From: Candidatus Fokinia solitaria
Lineage (GTDB): Bacteria; Pseudomonadota; Alphaproteobacteria; Rickettsiales; Midichloriaceae
Direction of reading: 5' to 3'
Length of the DNA stretch: 32,000 nucleotides
Assembly: GCF_003072485.1 (NCBI RefSeq)
Contig: NZ_CP025989.1
Coordinates: 1-32,000 of the forward strand
Shown here: positions 1 to 8,508 of the stretch, one piece after another
How the letters are laid out: each line of letters begins with the position of its first letter
Numbering within the stretch: position 1 is the first letter of the stretch
Notes under the pieces: generated by a model
Told to the model about the DNA's origin: nothing
The model's input: the letters and a program-made list of their open reading frames with translations, nothing else
Databases searched by the model: none
Position numbers and translations under genes: made by a program

Positions 1-1464
1 ATGAAAAAAGTAGTAGATATAATACGCATCAGAGAAGACGCTAAAGAAAAAGCAGAAGGAAAGGAGAGTGGTATTAGATCAACTAATGAAAGCTTAGAGC
101 GCACTGAAGAAAATTGGGAAATTGTCAGCAAAAAGCTCGAGTACGTCATAGGTCGTACTGCATATAGCAATTGGCTTTCTAAGATACAGATCTTAGCACG
201 GAAAAATGACACTGTAGTATTGGAAGCGCCTTCTCATTATGTAAAGGAGTTCGTAATGCGGCATTACTTCATCAATATTCTAGATGCAATCAGAGAATCT
301 TATCCTTCTGTAATGCATGTAGAAATAGCAGTATCTACAAATCAAAATAGTGCCGTAAATGATGATAAATCATCTACTTTTGGAAAACATAGTCGTAATA
401 CATCTCTTACTCAGCCTCATTCATCATATACATTTCATAACTTTGTTGTAGGAGAAGCAAATAAAGTGGCATATTTTATGCTAAAGCACTTATGTGATAC
501 ATCTACTTCTGAAGCAATTACAGCGCCAAGCGTTATATATCTTTATGGAGAACATGGAAGCGGAAAAACGCATTTATTGCAAAGTGCACTCTGCAACAGC
601 AATTCTCTCTATTACACAGCTGAAAGGTTTTTACAAAGTTATGTTGATTCAATTAGAGGAAAGTCTATTTTTTCATTCAAAAAGAATATCCTTGATAGCG
701 AATTGCTGCTTTTTGATGATGTGCAATTTCTTTGCGGAAGAGAAAAAACTGAAAAAGAATTCTCTCATATAGTCGCTACAATGATAGAAGGCGGTAAGCA
801 CGTTGTGATAACGGGAAATGAACATCCGAAATTATTACCTCTCTCCAAAAGACTAGAGGCTATCTTACTCGGAGGCATGGTAGTAGAGATAAAGCAGCCA
901 ACGCAAATACTGAAAATGAAAATACTAGAACAAAAAAGAAAGGTATTATCTCATAAGTCCGAAATTGCTTCAGCAGTCTCTGATGAAATATTGGAATCTA
1001 TAGCACAAAAAACTTCCAATATTAGAGAAATGGAATCATTGCTTCAGAAAATTGTAATGTCTTGTGAAATTCTTGGAATAGAGCCGGATATTAATCTCGT
1101 AGACTCTATATCGCATTCAGATAGCACAGATGATATCTCGGAAAAATCTTCGAACACTTCTCCAGCACTACCTACACAATCTCAAATACATACCGCAATA
1201 TCTGCTGTACTTTCATACTATTCTATCACAGAACAGCAACTTTCATCTAAAATTAAGACGTCATCTCTTATATATGCTAGACAAACATTAGCATTTATAT
1301 TGCGCAACTCCTTTATGCTATCTTTTCATCAGATAGGTCATTATATGGGAAATAGAACTCACTCCACAGTGATGTCTTTATACAATACCTTCAAAAAAAC
1401 TCTGCAAAGCGGTAATTCTCAGGCTGTTTCAACGTATAATCACTTAATGTCGAAATTACAGTAA
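1..1464 (+). CDS. dnaA: Chromosomal replication initiator protein DnaA
   Basis: N-terminal domain (NWLSKIQI...VVLEAPSHYVKEFV), YTFHNFVVGEANKVAY, Walker A GEHGSGKTHLL, Walker B LLLFDDVQFL, C-terminal domain IV helix-turn-helix (HQIGHYMGNRTHSTVMSLY). Confidence 0.97.
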   Translation: MKKVVDIIRIREDAKEKAEGKESGIRSTNESLERTEENWEIVSKKLEYVIGRTAYSNWLSKIQILARKNDTVVLEAPSHYVKEFVMRHYFINILDAIRESYPSVMHVEIAVSTNQNSAVNDDKSSTFGKHSRNTSLTQPHSSYTFHNFVVGEANKVAYFMLKHLCDTSTSEAITAPSVIYLYGEHGSGKTHLLQSALCNSNSLYYTAERFLQSYVDSIRGKSIFSFKKNILDSELLLFDDVQFLCGREKTEKEFSHIVATMIEGGKHVVITGNEHPKLLPLSKRLEAILLGGMVVEIKQPTQILKMKILEQKRKVLSHKSEIASAVSDEILESIAQKTSNIREMESLLQKIVMSCEILGIEPDINLVDSISHSDSTDDISEKSSNTSPALPTQSQIHTAISAVLSYYSITEQQLSSKIKTSSLIYARQTLAFILRNSFMLSFHQIGHYMGNRTHSTVMSLYNTFKKTLQSGNSQAVSTYNHLMSKLQ

Positions 1465-1592
1465 ATTCCATATCATAGATGCTATATCAGCGAATTTTCA
1501 TCATGATTTTGTTGTAGCTTTTTCATAAAATATCTTGTGAGTTTTTTCTGTTTCGTTAAGATCCAGTTGCATATTGCTTAAGTATCATTCAC

Positions 1593-1949
1593 GTGCATAG
1601 ATTTTTCGTTTTGCTATGCTTCATATTTTGCGCTGGTTGTAGCTCAAATATTGAGTATCATGGCTATTCTTTTCGCGATGTTAATCGTGAAGCATTTAAT
1701 AAAAATATAGTAAAAGGTGCTTCATCCAACTCCATAGATAAAGTGCTAGGCACTCCCATGAATGTGGTAATAACAGACAAGATGCTAAAAGCTTTCTATA
1801 TTGAAGCACTAGTCAATTATAGACCTATTATTGGACAGAATGTTCTTCGTTATAACGTACTAGAAATTACGGTAGATCCAAAAAGCAACACAATTACTGA
1901 TGTGTTATTCTATTCTACATCTCCACAAAAAGTACGATATGTTCAATAA
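1593..1949 (+). CDS. bamE: Small outer-membrane lipoprotein, BamE/SmpA/OmlA-like
   Basis: Signal peptide with lipobox-like FCAGC; SFRDVNREAFNKNIVKGASSNSIDKVLGTPMNV resembles the BamE repeat pattern (I.KG.S...V...LG.P). Confidence 0.65.
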   Translation: MHRFFVLLCFIFCAGCSSNIEYHGYSFRDVNREAFNKNIVKGASSNSIDKVLGTPMNVVITDKMLKAFYIEALVNYRPIIGQNVLRYNVLEITVDPKSNTITDVLFYSTSPQKVRYVQ

Positions 1950-2159
1950 TACTTACAACTCAAACTGCTCGAGAAGTAAAAAATCTCATATGCGATCTCA
2001 ACATTAGAGGGCTAAGTATAGGATTTATACCCACTCTAGCAAAGACAGACTACAATACGCACTATCGCGTAATACATGAAGCGAAATTATTGGAAATAAG
2101 TATCGTAACAATACCATCCAATCAGCTAGCACAAATTACGTACTTCTGCTGAAAAAAAG

Positions 2160-2236
2160 TGGTGGGTGATAGCGGACTCGAACCACTGACCCCTACGATG
2201 TCAACGTAGTACTCTAACCACCTGAGCTAATCACCC
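2160..2236 (-). tRNA. tRNA-Val(GAC)
   Basis: Reverse complement GGGTGATTAGCTCAGGTGGTTAGAGTACTACGTTGACATCGTAGGGGTCAGTGGTTCGAGTCCGCTATCACCCACCA folds as a cloverleaf, anticodon GAC, CCA encoded. Confidence 0.95.
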
Positions 2237-2305
2237 CCTAGTACACTGCATGATATACATAACACGATAAAAAACAATATTCTAAATAAATTATCGATAA
2301 AAATA

Positions 2306-3385
2306 ATGAACACAGAAAACACTCAATCACATCAGCAATCCTCTCATCATGAGAAAATTGCCACATTAGAAAATATGCAAAAAGATTTATCTAAAAAAAT
2401 GTCGCAAATTGAACGTATAATGCAAAAAAGTATCACCGATAACGCCACGCCTGTCCCTACATACTCAACACGTAACGATCAATTAGCATCTTATATGAGG
2501 TATGCAAAATTAGAATATGATAGTCAAAATATTGATTGTCACGAAACAAAGGGCGCATCAAACAACGTTTTCATACCGCAAAAAGAGATAAGCGATAGAT
2601 TACACTCTAAAGTAGCAGCACTCTCTCCAGTATATCAATTATCTAGAAAAGTCTCTATCACCTCAAGCGCATTTGAGTATATAGAACCTATTACTTCCGG
2701 ACCAATGGGAAGGTGGATCACAAGTATTGACGGTAACTTAGGCAAAGAGGACATCACATTCAAACGTCATAAAATACCTACATTTGATCTAGAAACTATT
2801 TCACGTACTCCTCGTGGAATGCTAGAGGATTTAAGTTTTGACGTAGAAGAATGGTTCTTAAATGAAGTATCAAAAAAATTCGCAGTAATGGAAGAAAAAG
2901 CCTTTCTTCATGGAGATGGAAAAATTATGCCTTCAGGCATACTAAACACTACGGAAATAGCTTCTGCAGAACTTTCTTTTAATGCGTTAACTTTGGAGCA
3001 TTTTGTTGATTTATTCTATTCTTTGGAGGATAGATTTTCACGAAATGCTACATTCATTGTAAGTGCAAAAGTAGCAAAATTTCTAGCGAAACTAAAAGAT
3101 GCAAGCGGTAAATATATCGTAGATTCTGCATTAAGAAATGGCGTAACTAAGCTATTGAACACTAACGTTATAGTCTCACAAAACATGGTGCACGACGGTG
3201 TTGATACAATTCTTTTAGGAAATTTTGAAGAAGGATATCTTGTGGTTGAAAGACAAGAGACTCGTGTCTTAAGAAATCCATATATCGACCAAAGATGCGT
3301 CACATTCTATGTTACAAGAAGAGTAGGGGGCGCTCTAATAGACTCTTCAGCATTTAGAAGAATAAAGTTAATTAGTAGCAAATGA
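2306..3385 (+). CDS. HK97-fold phage major capsid protein, GTA gp5-like
   Basis: N-terminal coiled-coil region, ISRTPRGMLEDLSFDVEEWFLNEVSKKFAVMEEKAFLHGDG..PSGIL, and C-terminal LLGNFEEGYLVVERQETRVLRNPYIDQRCVTFYVTRRVGGALIDSSAFRRIKL typical of HK97-type GTA/phage capsids. Confidence 0.88.
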   Translation: MNTENTQSHQQSSHHEKIATLENMQKDLSKKMSQIERIMQKSITDNATPVPTYSTRNDQLASYMRYAKLEYDSQNIDCHETKGASNNVFIPQKEISDRLHSKVAALSPVYQLSRKVSITSSAFEYIEPITSGPMGRWITSIDGNLGKEDITFKRHKIPTFDLETISRTPRGMLEDLSFDVEEWFLNEVSKKFAVMEEKAFLHGDGKIMPSGILNTTEIASAELSFNALTLEHFVDLFYSLEDRFSRNATFIVSAKVAKFLAKLKDASGKYIVDSALRNGVTKLLNTNVIVSQNMVHDGVDTILLGNFEEGYLVVERQETRVLRNPYIDQRCVTFYVTRRVGGALIDSSAFRRIKLISSK

Positions 3386-3888
3386 CCATCTCTCACTCAC
3401 TACCGTTATCTATAGAAGAAATAAAGCTTTTTCTCAGAATAGAACATGATGAAGATAACGAATTACTGAATGCATTACAATTCTCCTCTACTAAAAAACT
3501 GGAGGCGTATCTTAATATAGCTATAATACCACAAACTTGCAGGCACAAACTAACTATAGTTCAAGACTCTGTAATATTGCCAGTTGTTCCTATAATAGAG
3601 GTACAGAAAATCACAATCCATAATGGAGGAGTAATTAAAGAAATTGCAAAGCCAGACGTAAAAATAACCGATGAAGAAGTAATAGAAGGCTTACAAAAGC
3701 TATCGTGTGACTACATGATGATTTATTATACTGCTGGCAATTATTTTGCCAGCAAGCATACGTATCACATGAAATATTGCTTATTGGAGATAATAGAATG
3801 CGAATATAATAACAGAAATAAAAGGCCTAATAGCATACTAGATAACGCACTACATAGATATTCTGTGTTTAAAAGATACAAAATATAG
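3382..3888 (+). CDS. Phage/GTA gp6-like head-tail connector protein
   Basis: Starts in ATGA overlap with the capsid gene; LPLSIEEIKLFLRIEHDEDNELLNALQFSSTKKLEAYLNIAI matches the gp6-like connector N-terminus; gene order capsid-connector. Confidence 0.72.
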   Translation: MTISHSLPLSIEEIKLFLRIEHDEDNELLNALQFSSTKKLEAYLNIAIIPQTCRHKLTIVQDSVILPVVPIIEVQKITIHNGGVIKEIAKPDVKITDEEVIEGLQKLSCDYMMIYYTAGNYFASKHTYHMKYCLLEIIECEYNNRNKRPNSILDNALHRYSVFKRYKI

Positions 3889-3911
3889 ATATAAAAAATA
3901 CTTTAAAGCAT

Positions 3912-4256
3912 ATGGAAATACCAATCATTATTGAGAAATTTAATCCATCTACATTAAAGCCAAACAATGTAAAAGATATATGGGCAAATCCACTAAAAAT
4001 ATGGGGGAAAATTATTAGTATGGAAATCGATAAGGTAGATAATAAATATGTGCAGAAAACAAAGATTTCGATAAATAATGTATCTCACATAAGACATATT
4101 ATCCGCGCTATCACAGAGGAAGGAGAAACAATAAGAGCAAAGTATATAGGAAAAGATAAATTACTTGGATATATAACTTCCATAGAAGTAGATGAGGAAA
4201 ATAGCACTGGTATTTTTATATGCTCTAGAATAGCAACTTACTACAAATATGATTAA
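3912..4256 (+). CDS. Putative phage/GTA head-tail adaptor (joining) protein
   Basis: Size (114 aa), position after gp6-like gene, W-KI...TIRAKYIGKDKLLGYITSIE pattern similar to the phage head-tail joining family. Confidence 0.55.
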   Translation: MEIPIIIEKFNPSTLKPNNVKDIWANPLKIWGKIISMEIDKVDNKYVQKTKISINNVSHIRHIIRAITEEGETIRAKYIGKDKLLGYITSIEVDEENSTGIFICSRIATYYKYD

Positions 4257-4683
4257 AACAAGCATTCCACTTCATCTATTTCGTAAGATAGAAGAATTAC
4301 TTAAGAAGCACTCATATAACTTCTCATCCACTCATGAAGAGCAACATAGTGATGAGTATATGAATGAAAATATGAAATATTATTTTTTTTCCGAATTAGA
4401 TACAATTCACTTCACTCCATCCATTACGATTAAAGTACTAGATATAGAAAAGACTTCTCATTTTACTTTTGACGAATATTTAGTACAGATAAAAATCAGT
4501 ATAGTGAACGAAAAACATAAAGATAACGAACAACTATTAAGAACGATACTAGCACTAATGCTTTCCGTGAATGACAATAATACAAATATCACAGAACATA
4601 GTGTGAAAACCTTCTACGAAAATGATTATAATAATACAGAAATTCTCTTTACGTATAGCGCATATATTTCACAAGTAGAATGA
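4249..4683 (+). CDS. Putative tail-terminator-like protein (DUF3168 / GTA gp8-like)
   Basis: Overlaps the preceding ORF by 8 nt; 144 aa; FSELDTIHFTPSITIKVLDIEKTSHFTFDEYLVQIKISIV resembles the DUF3168 core; syntenic position in GTA module. Confidence 0.55.
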   Translation: MIKTSIPLHLFRKIEELLKKHSYNFSSTHEEQHSDEYMNENMKYYFFSELDTIHFTPSITIKVLDIEKTSHFTFDEYLVQIKISIVNEKHKDNEQLLRTILALMLSVNDNNTNITEHSVKTFYENDYNNTEILFTYSAYISQVE

Positions 4684-4696
4684 AGTATTGATAATA

Positions 4697-5491
4697 CTAC
4701 AGCTTACTAACATCAAAATAACACATAAGAGGAACATGATCAGATGGCCTTTGCATTGCTCTAAATTCATCCAATATGACAGCTTTATGCATTATATTAG
4801 ATAGCTTATCTGATATACATATATGATCTAATCTCATACCAAGATTTTTTACATAAGAACTTCTATCTCTGTAATCCCACCATGTAAATTTTTGCACACT
4901 TGGATTTAAAGCTCTCCATACGTCGATATAATTGGAAGAGAAGATTTCTTTTAATCTCACTCTTTCAGATTCATGAAAGCCTATTGTGCCATCCATTCCT
5001 ATAGGATCGTATACATCAATACTCTCAGGAGCTACATTGAAATCACCTCCTATAATGTAATTATCTCCAAATTCATACGCCTCTATCATCAACTTCTTCA
5101 AACTTTCAAGAAAAAACAACTTAGATTTGAAATTCTGCGAAGATACGTCACTTCCGTTCGGAAGATATAATGATGCAATTCTAAAACAGACTTCATCAAT
5201 ATTCACTACTACTTCTATATATCGAGCTTCTTCCAAATTATTACCTATATCTCTGCATTTATACTCATCAACTCTAGCTTTCGATAATACAGCAACGCCA
5301 TTATAAGACTTCTGCCCATATATGTACGAGGAATAGCCTAATTCTTCTATAAATTCGCGAGGAAAGCTATTTTCTTCGCATTTAATCTCTTGCAACAGTA
5401 TCAAATCAGGGCGATATTTTTCACATAACGTAGATAGATGCGATAGCCTCACTCTTATAGAATTTACATTCCATGTACAAACAGAGAACAT
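4697..5491 (-). CDS. xth: Exodeoxyribonuclease III
   Basis: TWNVNSIRVRL, LLQEIKCEE, GGDFNVAPE, RLDHICISD, SDHVPLMCYF motifs. Confidence 0.95.
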   Translation of the reverse strand: MFSVCTWNVNSIRVRLSHLSTLCEKYRPDLILLQEIKCEENSFPREFIEELGYSSYIYGQKSYNGVAVLSKARVDEYKCRDIGNNLEEARYIEVVVNIDEVCFRIASLYLPNGSDVSSQNFKSKLFFLESLKKLMIEAYEFGDNYIIGGDFNVAPESIDVYDPIGMDGTIGFHESERVRLKEIFSSNYIDVWRALNPSVQKFTWWDYRDRSSYVKNLGMRLDHICISDKLSNIMHKAVILDEFRAMQRPSDHVPLMCYFDVSKL

Positions 5492-5499
5492 ATGAATAT

Positions 5500-6906
5500 C
5501 TATTGCATTTTATTTGTTATCATATTGGCGAAAAATTCAGCATTACCTGAAGTATTTTTCATCCTTTCTCTCAGTAATTCTATAACTTCTTCAGGATTCA
5601 TATCTGATAATATTTTTCTGAGCACCCATATCTTTTTCAGACTTTGCGCATCTATTAGTAATTCTTCTTTTCTCGTGCCAGATTTAAATATATCCATCGC
5701 TGGAAAGATTCTTTTGTCTGCCAACCTTCTACTTAAGACTATCTCAGAATTTCCTGTGCCTTTAAATTCTTCAAATATTACATCATCCATCTTTGATCCA
5801 GTATCTACTAAAGTTGTACCTATTATAGTAAGCGATCCTCCGTCTTCTATATTTCTTGCAGCGCCAAAAAATCGTTTAGGGCGATATAAAGCACCTGAAT
5901 CTACTCCGCCGCTAAGAACTCTACCAGAGGAAGGCGCCACTTCATTATAAGCTCTCGCAAGTCTTGTAATTGAGTCTAGCATTATAACAACATCTCTTCC
6001 CATTTCTACTAATCTTTTAGCTCTATCTAGCACCATCTCTGCGAGATTCACATAATTTTGAGAAGGTTCATCAAAAGTAGAACTGTACACCTCTCCTTTT
6101 ACAAAACGTTCCATTTCAGTAACTTCCTCCGGTCTTTCTCCTATTAGCAATACCATTACTACACATTTATGGTACTTTTTGGAAATTGCATTTATTATGT
6201 TCTGCATCAAAATCGTTTTTCCAGTCTTTGGAGGTGCTACTACGAGAGCTCTTTGTCCAAATCCTATTGGACTAATCATATCCACAATTCTACAACTCAG
6301 ATCATCTCCTTCAATGTCACTCATATCTATCCTTGTATCAGGATAAACGGGGATCAAATCGTCAAAATTAACTCTTCGCTTCAACTCTGCAACTGGTATA
6401 TCATTCACTTTCTCTATATTAGCAAGTGAAAAATTCTTATTCTCGCCTCTTTTAGGAGATTTCACTACTCCAACGATCATATCTCCACTTCTAAGAGAAT
6501 ATCTTTTTATATAATTCGATGGCACATAAATCTCTTCAAAGTTTTTAACCCAAGAAAAATTTCCGCATCCTCTTAGAAATCCAAATCCTTCGCCTATAAC
6601 ATCCAATAAGCCGCAAGCTAAAACTTTTGCTCCTCTTTCTATTAAAGAATTCACAATGTAGACGATTTCATCTGATTTTCTATCAAATCTTTCTATTTTT
6701 ATTTGCAGATCTGATAACTGCGATTCATCCATCGCTCTTATATCGTTAATCCAGTACGTTTCTGCTCCATCTTTATATTCATAATCCGAAGCATTGTGAT
6801 CATCTCTTTCGATTTTTACTTTTTCATTTTCTTTTCTTCTTGCAAATCTATGCTTCACAACTCTTGCAGAAGAAGTACTTTCCATTTTTTTATTTTCATT
6901 TTTCAT
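5500..6906 (-). CDS. rho: Transcription termination factor Rho
   Basis: GFGFLR, VSPFGQRALVVAPPKTGKTIL-type P-loop (SPIGFGQRALVVAPPKTGKT), LLIGERPEEVTEM, MLDSITRLARAYN, LSGGVDSGALYRPKRFFGAARNIEDGGSLTI; ATG at 6906 preferred over the GTG at 6915. Confidence 0.97.
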   Translation of the reverse strand: MKNENKKMESTSSARVVKHRFARRKENEKVKIERDDHNASDYEYKDGAETYWINDIRAMDESQLSDLQIKIERFDRKSDEIVYIVNSLIERGAKVLACGLLDVIGEGFGFLRGCGNFSWVKNFEEIYVPSNYIKRYSLRSGDMIVGVVKSPKRGENKNFSLANIEKVNDIPVAELKRRVNFDDLIPVYPDTRIDMSDIEGDDLSCRIVDMISPIGFGQRALVVAPPKTGKTILMQNIINAISKKYHKCVVMVLLIGERPEEVTEMERFVKGEVYSSTFDEPSQNYVNLAEMVLDRAKRLVEMGRDVVIMLDSITRLARAYNEVAPSSGRVLSGGVDSGALYRPKRFFGAARNIEDGGSLTIIGTTLVDTGSKMDDVIFEEFKGTGNSEIVLSRRLADKRIFPAMDIFKSGTRKEELLIDAQSLKKIWVLRKILSDMNPEEVIELLRERMKNTSGNAEFFANMITNKMQ

Positions 6907-6907
6907 A

Positions 6908-6923
6908 TGTTTCACGTGAAACA
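6908..6923. promoter_or_regulatory. parS-like centromere site (ParB binding palindrome)
   Basis: Exact 16-bp palindrome TGTTTCACGTGAAACA, matching the bacterial parS consensus, immediately at the rho start and ~6.9 kb from dnaA. Confidence 0.85.
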
Positions 6924-6930
6924 GTTAATT

Positions 6931-7377
6931 TTATAACGAATCACATGGAAATGCTGCATTACTTCTCGCGACACAATCTACAAATATATTCATAACATCC
7001 GTATCATGTGCTTTTACCCACTTCCATGATAACCTTTCTTGAAAATATTCGATGTAAAACAATATATCGTTCCATAAATCGATATTTTTCACTTTTCCTC
7101 CATTCCAATTACTACGAATCCAATTCGCTATCCATATACTAGCTCCATCACAGACATACTTACTGTCCGTTCTTACTTCTATGTATGTCGTATTTAGCTC
7201 AACTGCTTTTTTCAAGCCCGAAATGGCTGCTGTTAATTCCATTCTGTTATTAGATGTAAAACTTTCAGCGCCAGATAGTAGAAATACGTTATTATCTGCT
7301 CTTATGAGAGATGCCCATCCTCCTTTTCCTGGATTACCTAGACATGACCCGTCGCAATAAACGATTCCAACATTCAT
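6931..7377 (-). CDS. rnhA: Ribonuclease HI
   Basis: YCDGSCLGNPGKGGW, NNRMELTAAI, TDSKYV, WKWVKAHD...VDCVARSNA. Confidence 0.95.
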   Translation of the reverse strand: MNVGIVYCDGSCLGNPGKGGWASLIRADNNVFLLSGAESFTSNNRMELTAAISGLKKAVELNTTYIEVRTDSKYVCDGASIWIANWIRSNWNGGKVKNIDLWNDILFYIEYFQERLSWKWVKAHDTDVMNIFVDCVARSNAAFPCDSL

Positions 7378-7604
7378 AAATATATAACAGTCTTATTATA
7401 TTACTTAAACGTGTAGAGATTGAAGACTGATGGATAGTCCACTTATATATTGCTTTTGATGTTATTGCAAATATATTTACTCATCATCGTGCAAAAAGTT
7501 TACTGACGAAATATCTAAAACTTCAAAGCAAATATTTATTTAGTTGAAAAAAGTAAGAAGCGTATATACAATCCATGAAGCACTCAAAAATAGACAGGAA
7601 ATAG

Positions 7605-8507
7605 ATGCCATTCGTTTATTCATTGCACCATCTCATGAATCAAAAAACACTATTCGTAGCTATACTCGTGACAATTGTGTTGGTAATAGCAGTTGCTACA
7701 TATGTAGAATTTATCAGAAAGCGAGAAAAAAGTGCTATGTATAAAAAGCAGAGCGTGGCGCAGCTAGAAAGCCTTATAGATGAAAGAATATCCAATTATA
7801 TTCAAAAAAATCCTGAGAAGTTAGCCGTTATAGTAGAAGAATACTATAATAAGAAGAGATTTGACGATGAAGTGGAAGAAATATTTCAAGGAGTACAAAA
7901 CGATCCTAGTGTATCAATCTTACCAACAGGGCAGCAGAATTTAGATGAAGTTCAGATGGTCATATTTTTCGATTATCTTTCCGAAGCTTCTAGAGCTTTT
8001 CTTTCGATTCAGAAGGAATTTGCGCAACAAACAAAAGTTCCAGTTAGAATTTTCTATAAAGGGATACCTGGTACGGAAGATTCTGTTGTACTTACAAAGA
8101 TTGCGATTGCTTCTTACATTATTTCTCCTTCTGGATATCAAGCATTGCATGAAGCATTTCTCACAGCGCCAATAGCAGATTTGAGAGATTATGATAAAAT
8201 AATGTCCATAGTGCAAAATGCTGGAATCAATATAGAGAAATTAAACGCTCTTCTAATTGATTCAGAAGCTACATCGTCAATAGAGACTATTTTAGCGAAT
8301 AACGTAGACTCAGCGCAGCATATCGGAGTAAGAGTTACCCCTTCGTTTCTTGTTAAAAATAAGCTTTTTGATGGCACTCAGTCGGTAGATAACTTGAACA
8401 ACATCGTAGGTAATGTCTTACAAGATGAAGAAAAGGAGATTGCAGAACTTGCTGAAGATAAGGAAGATATGGAAGTGGTGAAAGTGGAAGAAGAGAAACA
8501 TCCTTGA
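7605..8507 (+). CDS. Membrane-anchored DsbA/Com1-like thioredoxin-fold protein without active-site cysteines
   Basis: N-terminal TM segment, coiled N-domain, VIFFDYLSEASRAFLSIQ at the position of the FFDYxCxYC motif, cis-Pro loop IGVRVTPSFLV. Confidence 0.75.
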   Translation: MPFVYSLHHLMNQKTLFVAILVTIVLVIAVATYVEFIRKREKSAMYKKQSVAQLESLIDERISNYIQKNPEKLAVIVEEYYNKKRFDDEVEEIFQGVQNDPSVSILPTGQQNLDEVQMVIFFDYLSEASRAFLSIQKEFAQQTKVPVRIFYKGIPGTEDSVVLTKIAIASYIISPSGYQALHEAFLTAPIADLRDYDKIMSIVQNAGINIEKLNALLIDSEATSSIETILANNVDSAQHIGVRVTPSFLVKNKLFDGTQSVDNLNNIVGNVLQDEEKEIAELAEDKEDMEVVKVEEEKHP

Positions 8508-8508
8508 T

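Noticed and set aside
5492-5950. 152-aa plus-strand ORF over the rho 3' half
   Set aside because: Antisense to the conserved rho coding region; hydrophobic low-information translation.
7544-7744. 66-aa ORF overlapping the start of the DsbA-like gene
   Set aside because: Overlaps the better supported 300-aa frame and shows no domain; likely spurious.
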